From Candidatus Enterousia sp. (GTDB taxonomy: Bacteria > Pseudomonadota > Alphaproteobacteria > Rs-D84), in contig JAZSAG010000016.1 in the NCBI GenBank assembly GCA_045601765.1, positions 1-50,495 of the forward strand: DNA of 50,495 bases, in the 5' to 3' direction. Numbering within the stretch: the first letter of the stretch is position 1; each line of letters starts with the position of its first letter. Position numbers and translations under genes: made by a program. This document shows positions 27,436-37,231 of the stretch, one piece after another. The notes under the pieces were generated by a model, which was not told where the DNA came from, ran no database searches, and saw only the letters and a program-made list of their open reading frames with translations.

Positions 27436-28806
27436 ATGAATAAATATACAAAAATTACTGCATCAATTGGTCCAAAATGCGAAGACCGTGAAACATTGAC
27501 CCGTATGATCAAGGCAGGTGTAAATATGTGCCGTATGAATTTTAGTCATGATACCGGCGATGTCCAGGGACGCAAGATTGATATGATACGCGAAATTTCG
27601 GCCGATTTAGATACCCCTGTTGCAATAATGATTGACCTGCAGGGTCCAAAACATCGTATTGGTAACTTTGAAACCGAAGGTGTTTATCCATTGGAAATCG
27701 GGCAACGTTTCAGATTTGATTCAGACACCACACCTGGGAATTCATCGCGTGTTAATTTGCCTGATTCTGATGTTTTAGGATCATTGCATGTTGGCGACAG
27801 AATTTTATTAAATGACGGTAAAATTGAAATGCAGGTTGAAAAAGTTGGCGATGGATTTGTTGATACAATTGTGTTGCGGGGTTCTGAAATATGGTCACGT
27901 CGTGGCTTTAATTTGCCAGATACAGAAATTTCAACATCTGTCTTAACAGAAAAAGACAGGGCAGATTTGGAATACGCAATTACTAAAAAACCAGATTATG
28001 TCGCAATATCATTTGTCCAGCGTCCCGAAGATGTGGCCGAGGTGCGTGATTTTATCACCCAACGTACATCACATCCAATTAAAATAATTGCTAAAATAGA
28101 ACGCCCAAATGCGGTTGAACGTATTACTGATATTGCCAGTGCCGCAGACGGTATAATGATTGCGCGTGGCGACCTGGCGGTAGAGGTCCCGTATGCCGAA
28201 GTCCCCGCAATTTCACGTCATATTATTCGTGAATGTCGCAAAATGAACAAGCCTGTAATTGTTGCAACACAAATGTTGTGTTCTATGGTCAGCAGTGAAT
28301 TTCCAACACGTGCAGAAATTACAGACGTTGCAAATACCGCATATTTGCGCGCAGATTCCACAATGACCAGCGAAGAAACAACAATTGGAACCAATCCTGT
28401 AAATGTAATTGAAACGATGTATAACATTTTGGCGCATGCAGACAGTGACGCCATTGCAAATCCATATGATTGGTCGCGTGTTGAAAATATTCCTGAAAAC
28501 GATTGGTCACGTTCTGTTGCGTCAATGGCATATTTGAACAAGGCGTCTGCGATTATTGTTTTTGCACGTGACACAATTGCCACCACACAAATTTCATGTC
28601 GTAAACCAGATATTCCTGTTATTGCGGTGTGTAACGAATCTGTAATCGCGAACCAGTTATGTTTGTGTCGTGGCGTGTTTCCAATTTATGATACTGAATT
28701 ATTTGGTATGCGCGATGGGTTCAATGCCGCCCGCCGGTTTAATATAAATTCTGGAAAATTGGTAATCGTAGACGAAGAAAAAATTAGTTTACGTGCGCTC
28801 GATTAA
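27436..28806 (+). CDS. pyk: Pyruvate kinase
   Basis: TKITASIGP, NMCRMNFSH, IIAKIE, MIARGDLAVE and VATQML motifs. Confidence 0.9.
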   Translation: MNKYTKITASIGPKCEDRETLTRMIKAGVNMCRMNFSHDTGDVQGRKIDMIREISADLDTPVAIMIDLQGPKHRIGNFETEGVYPLEIGQRFRFDSDTTPGNSSRVNLPDSDVLGSLHVGDRILLNDGKIEMQVEKVGDGFVDTIVLRGSEIWSRRGFNLPDTEISTSVLTEKDRADLEYAITKKPDYVAISFVQRPEDVAEVRDFITQRTSHPIKIIAKIERPNAVERITDIASAADGIMIARGDLAVEVPYAEVPAISRHIIRECRKMNKPVIVATQMLCSMVSSEFPTRAEITDVANTAYLRADSTMTSEETTIGTNPVNVIETMYNILAHADSDAIANPYDWSRVENIPENDWSRSVASMAYLNKASAIIVFARDTIATTQISCRKPDIPVIAVCNESVIANQLCLCRGVFPIYDTELFGMRDGFNAARRFNINSGKLVIVDEEKISLRALD

Positions 28807-28836
28807 AAAAAAGTCCCCAAAATGGGGATTTTTTAT
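28804..28836 (+). terminator. Rho-independent terminator
   Basis: aaaaaaaagtcccc-aaaa-tggggatttttt right after the pyk stop. Confidence 0.7.
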
Positions 28837-28876
28837 TCATTGACCTGACGGGTGTTATTTTACTAACCTGTATGAC

Positions 28877-30034
28877 ATGAAAAGAATTTTTCTGATTCTT
28901 TGTTGTTGTATTTGCATGCCATTGCATGCGGCCCAATATCGTGCGGCCTTGGTGGCAGACATTGATACAGGTGATGTTTTATACCAAGAAAATGCGAACG
29001 AGTTAAATTATCCGGCCAGTTTAACTAAAATTATGACATTGTATTTAACGTTTGATGCGCTGGAACACAAAAGACTTAGTCTGGATGATTATTTAATCGT
29101 ATCTAAATCTGCCGCAAATGCAGAACCTGTAAAACTGGGGTTGGTGGCTGGTTCTAAAATACGTGTAGAAGACGCAATCAAGGCGGTCGCGGTTTACAGT
29201 GCAAATGATGTCGCACGCGTGTTGGCTGAAAATTTAAGGGGGGGCCAGGAAGAATCTTTTGCGCAACTAATGACACGCGTTGCACGTGAAATAGGGTTGC
29301 AAAATACTAATTTTGAAAATTCATCTGGTCTGCCAGATGACGATCATTTATCAACCGCGCGTGATATTGCGTTGCTGTCAATGGCGGTATATAAACATTT
29401 TCCACAGTATTGGCATTTTTTTGGTATTAAAACATGGGTTTATAATGGAAAAACATATACTAATGGCAACCGATTGTTAACATCTTTCAGGGGTTGTGAC
29501 GGTATGAAAACAGGGTATACAAAAAAATCTAAATATTCATTGGTTGCAACGGCACATCGTGATGGTGCGCATTTGATGTCGGTTGTTTTGGGTGCTGAAA
29601 ACAAAGATGTCCGTGCAAATGTTTCTGCGCAAATGCTGAACAAGGGTTTTGCGATGTTGAAAAATGGTGCGGCGCCTGTGGTTGTATCTACGCCTGTCCA
29701 GTCGAATACTAAAACCTATTCCGCAGACGATACATTATCTGGGGCGTATAATAGCGCCACGGCCGCAGCCGCACCAACGTACGCCAAGAAAACAACCAGT
29801 GTCCAACAAAGGTCATCGGGTGGCGTCGGTGTGCAATTCGGGGCGTTTTCTTCACGCGGTTCTGCGGACGGTCATGTAAAGACCATAAAAAATATGCTTG
29901 GTGTAAATGCGGTTGTTGAACCAACAGGGACCGGGTTGTTTCGGGTGCGCGCATACGGTCTGACCGAAGAAGCGGCAAGGCAGATAAAATCTGCGGCCAC
30001 GGCAAACGGTATTGACAGTTATATTTTTCATTAG
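28877..30034 (+). CDS. D-alanyl-D-alanine carboxypeptidase (PBP5/6 class) with C-terminal SPOR domain
   Basis: Signal peptide. SLTKIMT (SxxK), SAND (SxN-like) and KTGYT (KTG) motifs. C-terminus GVQFGAFSSRGSADGHV...LFRVRAYGLTEEAARQI is SPOR-like. Confidence 0.85.
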   Translation: MKRIFLILCCCICMPLHAAQYRAALVADIDTGDVLYQENANELNYPASLTKIMTLYLTFDALEHKRLSLDDYLIVSKSAANAEPVKLGLVAGSKIRVEDAIKAVAVYSANDVARVLAENLRGGQEESFAQLMTRVAREIGLQNTNFENSSGLPDDDHLSTARDIALLSMAVYKHFPQYWHFFGIKTWVYNGKTYTNGNRLLTSFRGCDGMKTGYTKKSKYSLVATAHRDGAHLMSVVLGAENKDVRANVSAQMLNKGFAMLKNGAAPVVVSTPVQSNTKTYSADDTLSGAYNSATAAAAPTYAKKTTSVQQRSSGGVGVQFGAFSSRGSADGHVKTIKNMLGVNAVVEPTGTGLFRVRAYGLTEEAARQIKSAATANGIDSYIFH

Positions 30035-30049
30035 TATTGTGTGATTGCG

Positions 30050-30646
30050 ATGAATCCAAAAATTGAAAAATTAATAAAGTTATTTGCAAAGTTACCCCGT
30101 GTTGGTTCCCGGGGTGGCCAGCGTATAGCATTGGCATTATTACAGGATAAAACAGGACGTGCCACCGCATTGTCTGATGCGATTATTGACGCGGTTGAAA
30201 ATATTGCGCCATGTCCAACATGTGGTGTATTGACGGGGCGGGGCGATGTGTGTGAATTTTGTCGCGACGCATCACGTGCAAATGGCCAGTTGTGTATCGT
30301 GCGTGATTTGTCAGATGTTTGGACACTGGAAAAGTCATCCGTCTTTCATGGCCGTTATCATATTATTGGTGGATTGTTGTCAGGTGCATCTGGCATCCTG
30401 CCCCAGGATTTAAATATATCGGGATTGGCAGACAGGCTAAACACCGAAAAAATTTCAGAGGTTATTTTTGCCCTGCCTAATACGGTCGAAGGCAAAACGA
30501 CCCAGCATTATATTGTATCAGTACTGGATAATGTTTCAGATGTTAAATTCACAGAATTGGCATCTGGTGTTCCATTGGGCGGCGATTTAGATTATATTGA
30601 TGATGGAACATTGTCATTGGCATTCGGGGGGCGTAAATCGTTATAA
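30050..30646 (+). CDS. recR: Recombination protein RecR
   Basis: LIKLFAKLPRVGSRGGQRIA HhH, CPTCG...CEFC zinc finger, Toprim (LCIVRDLSD). ATG 30050 preferred over the track's GTG 30041. Confidence 0.9.
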   Translation: MNPKIEKLIKLFAKLPRVGSRGGQRIALALLQDKTGRATALSDAIIDAVENIAPCPTCGVLTGRGDVCEFCRDASRANGQLCIVRDLSDVWTLEKSSVFHGRYHIIGGLLSGASGILPQDLNISGLADRLNTEKISEVIFALPNTVEGKTTQHYIVSVLDNVSDVKFTELASGVPLGGDLDYIDDGTLSLAFGGRKSL

Positions 30647-30648
30647 TT

Positions 30649-31473
30649 ATGGCGAATAATATTTTATCTTTACCACCTGTATCAGATATGATGCGCGAAT
30701 GCGGATTGGAACCTAAAAAGCAATTCGGTCAAAACTTTTTGTTTGATTTAAATTTAACGGGTCGCATTGCACGCAGTGTACCGGATATTGAAAATATACC
30801 GGTAATAGAGGTTGGCCCCGGACCAGGTGGCTTGACACGTGCGATTTTAATGGCGGGCGCAAAACGTGTTGTCGCGATTGAAAAAGACAAAACAACCATG
30901 CCAATATTGTCGCAAATCATTGATGCGTCTGATGGACGGTTAAGTGTTATTTATGACGATGCATTACGTGTTGATTTTTCGGCGTTTGGTTTTAATGAAT
31001 ATGCCGTATGTGCAAATTTGCCGTATAATGTCGGCACAGAATTGTTGATTGGTTGGTTAAGAAAAATAGCCGCTGGTGAAAAAATTAAATCTTTGACATT
31101 AATGTTCCAGCGCGAAGTTGCATGGCGTATAACGGCAACGGTTGGTGATGTACATTATGGTCGCCTGGCGGTTTTAACATCTTTGTTGGCAGATGCGAAA
31201 ATTTTATTTGATGTTCCCAATACCGCATTTGTCCCGCGTCCCAAGGTACAAAGTGCCGTTGTTCAAATAATTCCGAATCCAGACAAAATTGCGAAAATTC
31301 ATGATTTGTTAAAAATAGAGAAAATCACTGCAAAATTATTCGGCCAGCGCCGTAAAATGATACGTGGTATAATACCTGGGGTTGATTGGGGGGCGTTTGG
31401 ATTGTCTGGGACCGAACGCGCGGAAAATTTATCCCCAGAAACATTTGCATTACTGGCTAATAATTTGCTATAA
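30649..31473 (+). CDS. rsmA: 16S rRNA (adenine1518/1519-N6)-dimethyltransferase
   Basis: KKQFGQNFLFD, VIEVGPGPGGLT SAM motif, ANLPYNV. Confidence 0.9.
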   Translation: MANNILSLPPVSDMMRECGLEPKKQFGQNFLFDLNLTGRIARSVPDIENIPVIEVGPGPGGLTRAILMAGAKRVVAIEKDKTTMPILSQIIDASDGRLSVIYDDALRVDFSAFGFNEYAVCANLPYNVGTELLIGWLRKIAAGEKIKSLTLMFQREVAWRITATVGDVHYGRLAVLTSLLADAKILFDVPNTAFVPRPKVQSAVVQIIPNPDKIAKIHDLLKIEKITAKLFGQRRKMIRGIIPGVDWGAFGLSGTERAENLSPETFALLANNLL

Positions 31474-31506
31474 TTGTTACAACCGGGGAAACCAAGAGAG
31501 AGAAAT

Positions 31507-33216
31507 ATGTCGATATCTATTTTAGTTTTTGTTGGGGTGTTATTTGCGCTGGTTTATTTATTGCGTGTTGCTAAAATTGGTGCATTAGTTGCCTTTTTGA
31601 TTGCGGGGATATTATCAGGCCCCTATGTTTTAAATATATTTCAATTATCAGAAACATGGACATTCTTGGGTGATATTGGGATATTATTTTTGTGGTTTAA
31701 TATCGGTCTGGGGATAAATATGACCCGGCTGTGGCGTTTACGTCGGACGATTTTCGGTTTTGGCGCGGCCCAGGTTTTAATGGTTGTGATAATGTTTTTG
31801 CCAATGTTGTATTATTATACCCATTGGTCATTATTAGGTTGTGTTATGGTATCGATGTTGCTTGCCATGTCCAGCACATCCGCAGATATGCAGTTGATGA
31901 TAGATCGAAATCAATTAAATACAGATGTTGGCGGGCAAACATTTTCCATATTGTTATTCCAAGATTTATTGGCGATACCATTGCTTGCGATGTTGCCGGC
32001 CTTGACCGGGAAAAGTTTTAGTATGGGTGCTGTTGCAATAGACGTTGTTGTTATATCTGTTGCGCTGGTATTATCTGTTATTGTGATTGGTCGTTTTATA
32101 ATGACGCCATTATTGCGCCTGGTCAGCAAATCAAAATCCAAAGAGGCATTTTTATTAGCGGTTGTATTAAATATTGTCTTGTGGGCGGTGTTACTGGACC
32201 TGATGGGATTGCCTGCGGGGTTGGGTGCGTTTTTGGCTGGTATGTTAATGTCTGAAACGATATACAGTCATCAGATAACAGCCGGCATTTCACCGTATGC
32301 GACATTATTTTTGGCGTTATTCTTTATTTCTATTGGCATGGGATTAAATGTCCCGGTGTTATTAGAATCTTGGCCGATGGTATTGGGTGGTGTGTTGGCA
32401 TTGGTGTCATTAAAATTTGCTGCGATTTATATTGTTGCCCGCGTTCGTTGTGTTGCCGCCCCCAAGGCAACTATGATAGCCCTATTGTTGGCCCAGGGCG
32501 GTGAATTCGCATTGTTGATGTTGCAAACGATGAAAACCAGCGGAATCGAGGCGATACCCATTGAACACAAAGAAATTCTGACTGCGGTAATTATTATTTC
32601 TATTATGGTGACGCCATTATTGCTGTGTATTTATGATTGGCGGCATCGTCGTGGTCGCCTGGCGTCTCAGCGTATTGCGCGTGCGATTGACTCAGACCAA
32701 GATAAAATCAAACCCGAGGTTATTGTTTGTGGTTTTGGACGCGTTGGACAAATCATATGTCAAATGTTGGATGCCGAAAAAATACCGTACGTTGCACTTG
32801 ATTTAGACGTTGGTTCTGTGATGATGGGGCGTGAACAAGGCTTTAATGTTTTGTACGGTGACGCCACCAACCGCGATGTTCTGACCGAAATAGGGCTGCA
32901 GCCACGGCAAACCCGTGCGGTTGTTGTTGCGATGGACAATGCGACCACTGCGCGTAAATCAATTGTTATGGTAAAATCTATTGCGCCACGCGTTGCAATA
33001 TTTGCCCGTGCGCGCACACTGGCAGATTCCCAGATTTTATTACAAGAAAAAATAAATGCTGCCACACCTGAAACAATAGAATCTTCGTTCTTTTTGGGAT
33101 ACAGTGTTCTGGATTATCTGGGGGTATCAGAAACAGACATTTCTAATTTACTGGAAGACATGCGTGCAAATAATTATGCGGCCCTGTCCACGGTTGAATC
33201 TGAAATGCTAGATTGA
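31507..33216 (+). CDS. CPA2-family monovalent cation:proton antiporter with TrkA-N domain (KefB/KefC-like)
   Basis: Polytopic N-terminal domain plus Rossmann VIVCGFGRVGQ. ATG 31507 with a purine-rich RBS preferred over the track's TTG 31474. Confidence 0.8.
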   Translation: MSISILVFVGVLFALVYLLRVAKIGALVAFLIAGILSGPYVLNIFQLSETWTFLGDIGILFLWFNIGLGINMTRLWRLRRTIFGFGAAQVLMVVIMFLPMLYYYTHWSLLGCVMVSMLLAMSSTSADMQLMIDRNQLNTDVGGQTFSILLFQDLLAIPLLAMLPALTGKSFSMGAVAIDVVVISVALVLSVIVIGRFIMTPLLRLVSKSKSKEAFLLAVVLNIVLWAVLLDLMGLPAGLGAFLAGMLMSETIYSHQITAGISPYATLFLALFFISIGMGLNVPVLLESWPMVLGGVLALVSLKFAAIYIVARVRCVAAPKATMIALLLAQGGEFALLMLQTMKTSGIEAIPIEHKEILTAVIIISIMVTPLLLCIYDWRHRRGRLASQRIARAIDSDQDKIKPEVIVCGFGRVGQIICQMLDAEKIPYVALDLDVGSVMMGREQGFNVLYGDATNRDVLTEIGLQPRQTRAVVVAMDNATTARKSIVMVKSIAPRVAIFARARTLADSQILLQEKINAATPETIESSFFLGYSVLDYLGVSETDISNLLEDMRANNYAALSTVESEMLD

Positions 33217-33233
33217 TTTTTATCTTATACAAA

Positions 33234-33260
33234 ATGTCCTCGGTTGGGGACATTTTATTT
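33234..33260 (+). terminator. Rho-independent terminator after the antiporter gene
   Basis: atgtcc-tcggttgg-ggacat + ttttattt. It lies inside the track's extended lspA ORF, which supports the later lspA start. Confidence 0.55.
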
Positions 33261-33312
33261 GCATTTATGCGAACATATTGATATATTTCAACAAAAGCCA
33301 GGAAAGAAAATA

Positions 33313-33849
33313 ATGAAAAAGATAACGTTTATTTTATCAGTAATTTTTGGGACCGTCCTTTTGGACCAGTTAACCAAGGGAATATTATTACTTCTTATAA
33401 CGGGCACTGTGCCATTATTTGGTCCGGCATGGTCTGTGGTTCCTGTGCCGTATTTAATGGCGCACGTTTTTGATTTGTTTAACATTGTCTTTACGTGGAA
33501 TCCTGGGACATCATTTTCCATGTTTCGTGCCCTGGGTGAAAGTGCACCAATTGTGATTATAATTGCGACCACTGGGATTATCGCGTGGATTTTGTACTAT
33601 TTATTTTCACGTGCCCAGCAATATGAAATCTTGCCGTTATCATTGATTGCAGGTGGTGCGATTGGTAACTTGATAGACCGCGTACGTTTTGGTGCGGTTA
33701 TTGATTTTCTTGATTTCCACATTGGTGGTTATCATTGGCCTGCGTTTAATATTGCAGATATATGTATTGTGGTTGGCGTTGGATTATATTTATTAAATTG
33801 GTATATTGCGCGCCGTAAATGTTTAAATTCAACAAAGGGTGGTAAATAG
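33313..33849 (+). CDS. lspA: Lipoprotein signal peptidase (signal peptidase II)
   Basis: Start at ATG 33313 (AGGAAAG RBS). DQLTK, NPGTSFSM, GGAIGNLIDR and FNIAD motifs. Confidence 0.9.
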   Translation: MKKITFILSVIFGTVLLDQLTKGILLLLITGTVPLFGPAWSVVPVPYLMAHVFDLFNIVFTWNPGTSFSMFRALGESAPIVIIIATTGIIAWILYYLFSRAQQYEILPLSLIAGGAIGNLIDRVRFGAVIDFLDFHIGGYHWPAFNIADICIVVGVGLYLLNWYIARRKCLNSTKGGK

Positions 33850-33851
33850 TC

Positions 33852-35417
33852 ATGGTTCAGTATATGAATAATAATGCATCTGGTTTTAATCAGTGGAATG
33901 CCAATAAAAATGCGTCCGCTAACAAGGGTGGTTTATCTGGTTTTTTATGGTGGATATTGATATTCTTTTTTGCATGGTGGGCGATTGGTGCGATAATGTC
34001 GCCGAAGAAACCAGGGCATGATGTCACGGTGGATGCGCCTGTTGTTGATTTGTCTGGGGTACCTGTAACAACGGCGACATCAGATGTTTTATCTGCATCG
34101 GTCCAGGGTCTGCGCATTTCAGACGCCAATTTAAATAATTATCATGCAACTGCGACATCTGATGAATTGGTCACCTTATTTGGTGCAGACGGCGATTACA
34201 TAGAGGTCGGCCTGTTACCCAGTGGCACCATTGCTCCCGTTGCCACCACTGTATGGCAGGGCAAAGACGGTGCATATTCGTGGCGCAATTCTGATGGCGT
34301 AAATTTTGCACGTAATATCACTGTTGATGGCTATGTTATCCATGTCCAAGACACAATTACAAACAAATCTGGCCAAGACGTTGCATTTACACCATACGCG
34401 CACATTGTACGTGAAAATAATATGAAATCTGCATCTGGGGTAACGACAGGCGCAATATCGTATGTAAATTCAGATGTCGAAGAAATTCCATGGCATAAAT
34501 TGGATAAAAAAGCATACGCATATTCAACGACACATGGTTTTTCTGGGTTTGCGGACCAGTATTGGGAAACGGTTGCATCCATTGACAGTCCTGATCAAAC
34601 GGTTCGTGTAAAAAAATCTGCGGAAAAATATATATCTGATATATCTGCGGCGGCCGTATCTGTACCGGCGGGCGCGACCAGTGTTATTAACACGTATTTA
34701 TTTATTGGTCCGCGCGATCAATCGGTGCTGGATTCTGCAGAAAAGTATATCGCGGGCATTGGTGAATCAATTGATTATGGTTGGTTTTGGTTTTTGGCGC
34801 GTCCAATGCTGTGGATTTTAAATGGCATACATTCAGTTGTTATGAATTATGGTGTTGCGATTATTATAATGACAATATTATTGCGCTTATTGATGTGGCC
34901 ATTGACGCGCAAATCGTATACATCAATGGCTGCGATGCAGAAAATGCAACCTGAAATGCAACGTATTCAGAAATTGTACGGCAATGATAAGATGCGTCTG
35001 CAAATGGAAATGATGAAATTGTATCAGACGCATAAAACGTCGCCTATGTCTGGTTGTTTGCCAATGTTGATACAAATACCAATATTCTTTGCATTGTACA
35101 AGGCATTATTGGTATCTGTCCAAATGCGCAGTGCCCATTTCTTGTGGATATCAGATTTATCTGCCATGGATCCATATTTTATATTACCGATATTGATGGG
35201 TGGGACAATGTGGCTGCAACAGCGTCTGCAATCTGGCACGAAACGTTCAACGGGTGGAAATGATGCATTGGCGCAAACCCAAAAAATGATGCAGTGGATG
35301 CCGATATTATTTACGATAATGTTTGCATGGATGCCGGCTGGGTTGGTTTTATATTGGACGGTATCAAATATCTTTGGCATTATTCAGATGGAAATAATTA
35401 AAAAGACCAACAAATAA
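33852..35417 (+). CDS. yidC: Membrane protein insertase YidC
   Basis: N-terminal TM, large periplasmic P1 domain, and conserved C-terminal core (MQKMQPEMQRIQKLY...GCLPMLIQIPIFFALY...LVLYWTVSN). Confidence 0.9.
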   Translation: MVQYMNNNASGFNQWNANKNASANKGGLSGFLWWILIFFFAWWAIGAIMSPKKPGHDVTVDAPVVDLSGVPVTTATSDVLSASVQGLRISDANLNNYHATATSDELVTLFGADGDYIEVGLLPSGTIAPVATTVWQGKDGAYSWRNSDGVNFARNITVDGYVIHVQDTITNKSGQDVAFTPYAHIVRENNMKSASGVTTGAISYVNSDVEEIPWHKLDKKAYAYSTTHGFSGFADQYWETVASIDSPDQTVRVKKSAEKYISDISAAAVSVPAGATSVINTYLFIGPRDQSVLDSAEKYIAGIGESIDYGWFWFLARPMLWILNGIHSVVMNYGVAIIIMTILLRLLMWPLTRKSYTSMAAMQKMQPEMQRIQKLYGNDKMRLQMEMMKLYQTHKTSPMSGCLPMLIQIPIFFALYKALLVSVQMRSAHFLWISDLSAMDPYFILPILMGGTMWLQQRLQSGTKRSTGGNDALAQTQKMMQWMPILFTIMFAWMPAGLVLYWTVSNIFGIIQMEIIKKTNK

Positions 35418-35442
35418 AAAATGCCCCACCGGGCATTTTTTT
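35417..35442 (+). terminator. Rho-independent terminator of yidC
   Basis: aaaaaatgccc-cacc-gggcattttttt. Confidence 0.75.
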
Positions 35443-35619
35443 GTGCAATGTGATTCAGGGCCCGACCACTAACACATTTTCCCCTTGCGGGTAACAGTCA
35501 TATTTGATAAAATAGTTACGTCATCAGTGGTTATTGATGATGGGGTGTGACTACCCGTGCACAAAGCGTCTGGGATAAGAACAAGGCGCCATTTGGCGTA
35601 TTTTTTATATCACAGATGA

Positions 35620-35736
35620 CAAATCTCCTGACTTAGACGGTCAGGAGGGCTGCGAATATATTGAATAAGCACACAATACTTTGTGATTGTAGTCAACCTC
35701 CTGACCACTGTTTTAATCGGTGGTTTTGTTTTTTTG
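35620..35736 (+). promoter_or_regulatory. Structured 5' leader (hairpin + alternative pairing + intrinsic terminator) of paralogue 2
   Basis: ctcctgac (35625-32)/gtcaggag (35640-47) hairpin, then GGCTG. cctcctgac (35697-705) is complementary to the hairpin 3' arm and overlaps terminator gaccactg-ttttaat-cggtggtt + T-run (35703-35735). Confidence 0.55.
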
Positions 35737-35780
35737 CAAAACCCCGATACAGACAGAAAAAACAAGGGGAGAATGCACAC

Positions 35781-37097
35781 ATGAAAAAAGTTTTATTTTT
35801 ATCCAGTATGCTGATTATGACAGCTTTTAACGCATTTGCGGACGACGCAGCGCCAAACACAGACAAAAAAATTACGGGCGGTGCGGGTACATGTACGGCG
35901 GACGTCCTGGGCGTATCCGACAATAACGCAACGGCAAACACCATTGCAACATGGTCGTTGAACAGTTATGATTGCGCGGCGGGACAATATCTGGATGAAA
36001 CAACATTAGAATGCATCGAATGCCCAACCGGTTCGTATTGTCCGGGCGGCACGTTCACGGTCGAGGCAAATAACAGTAAAACCGCATGTCCCGCCGATTA
36101 TACATCAGACGCCGCCGCCACGGCAGAATCTGAATGTTACATGGGGTGCGAATTGGTGTGTACACAACAAACATGTCCCGAACATTCTGAAAACTGCACG
36201 CACGGCGTGTCTGTTATTAATGGCGCGCAATATTATGGGCAATCAACATGTGACGCATTACCAAGATTTTGTAGTATGGATTTCGCATGCAAAACAGGTT
36301 ATACAAAAGTATCAACAATAATGAATTATATCTTGAATGATATATATGCTAAAACATTTGATGAATCTGGTATAGATTCACCGGTGGTGCATTTTGATAC
36401 GTGCGATGCAACAATGGAAACATGCACCGCAATTTTACAGTGGCGAATGCCTGAATTTGGGGACACAATAATTGCAATAATGTTTGAATACCGCTTTAAT
36501 AATGATAAAAATATTATACAAAATAATAAAATTAAAGACTTGGATATTAACGGACGTGGCGAACCGATACAAATATCTGTATTATCATATGATACAAATA
36601 TTTCTATGGATAATAATTTTTCCGTTATCTATGCACGCCCATCTGCATTTGTATTATTGACCCAAAATCTGATGTCTGAATTAAGCATATTACAAACAGA
36701 ACTTGAAAAAGATTTTGCAGATGGTTTAATTACAGAAGAAGAAGCGACGGAAAAATTTTCTGAGTTTGAAGCCAGATTATTAAAACCTATGAATTTACCC
36801 TGGATGGCTTTGATTAATTCTGAAGAACCTATTAGTTATAATGATCCAGAGGGTTGGGCGGAATTTGCAGTACAAATGTTTCTATTGCTTACTATGCAAA
36901 CCCCATTTTTTGTTGATGCAGTATATGGTGATATATCATACGTAAGGTGCGACAAGAATATAATCAATATCAACTGGAATCCGGATAATGGGAAAGATAC
37001 GATACAAGATATGTGTTATTACGATGGTGCAATCAGAGTACCAGACGACCCAGTTAAACCAGGATACACGTTTATGGGTTGGAAATTGGCCGAGTAA
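35781..37097 (+). CDS. Secreted Cys-rich protein with C-terminal Listeria-Bacteroides (Flg_new)-type repeat; paralogue 2
   Basis: Start moved to ATG 35781 (AAGGGGA RBS; MKKVLFLSSMLIMTAFNAFA signal peptide). N-terminal ~190 aa and C-terminal NINWNPDNG...PVKPGYTFMGWKL are shared with 3953-5449; the centre is unrelated. Confidence 0.85.
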   Translation: MKKVLFLSSMLIMTAFNAFADDAAPNTDKKITGGAGTCTADVLGVSDNNATANTIATWSLNSYDCAAGQYLDETTLECIECPTGSYCPGGTFTVEANNSKTACPADYTSDAAATAESECYMGCELVCTQQTCPEHSENCTHGVSVINGAQYYGQSTCDALPRFCSMDFACKTGYTKVSTIMNYILNDIYAKTFDESGIDSPVVHFDTCDATMETCTAILQWRMPEFGDTIIAIMFEYRFNNDKNIIQNNKIKDLDINGRGEPIQISVLSYDTNISMDNNFSVIYARPSAFVLLTQNLMSELSILQTELEKDFADGLITEEEATEKFSEFEARLLKPMNLPWMALINSEEPISYNDPEGWAEFAVQMFLLLTMQTPFFVDAVYGDISYVRCDKNIININWNPDNGKDTIQDMCYYDGAIRVPDDPVKPGYTFMGWKLAE

Positions 37098-37123
37098 AAA
37101 AATGCCCCAATGGGGCATTTTTT
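37096..37123 (+). terminator. Rho-independent terminator of paralogue 2
   Basis: aaaaaaatgcccc-aat-ggggcatttttt directly after the stop. Confidence 0.75.
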
Positions 37124-37170
37124 AAGTGGTAAGTGAATGCACAATACAAAAAATTTTTGTGAAAAATTTT

Positions 37171-37203
37171 TTGTCATTGCGAGCGGACGCGTGGCAATCC
37201 AGT
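37171..37203 (+). repeat. Palindromic REP/MITE-like unit A, copy 4
   Basis: ttgtcattgcgagcggacgcgtggcaatccagt, identical to the reverse complement of 3687-3719. Confidence 0.8.
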
Positions 37204-37231
37204 TGATGCATTATTATAACAAGGCACAATT

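Noticed and set aside
35661-35780. N-terminal extensions of track ORFs (35661 for paralogue 2, 5512 for paralogue 1, 12942 tolC, 33244 lspA, 31474 antiporter, 42361 virB9, 19512 rmuC)
   Set aside because: In each case an internal ATG with a proper RBS begins a signal peptide or conserved N-terminus. The extension would run through a terminator or structured leader.
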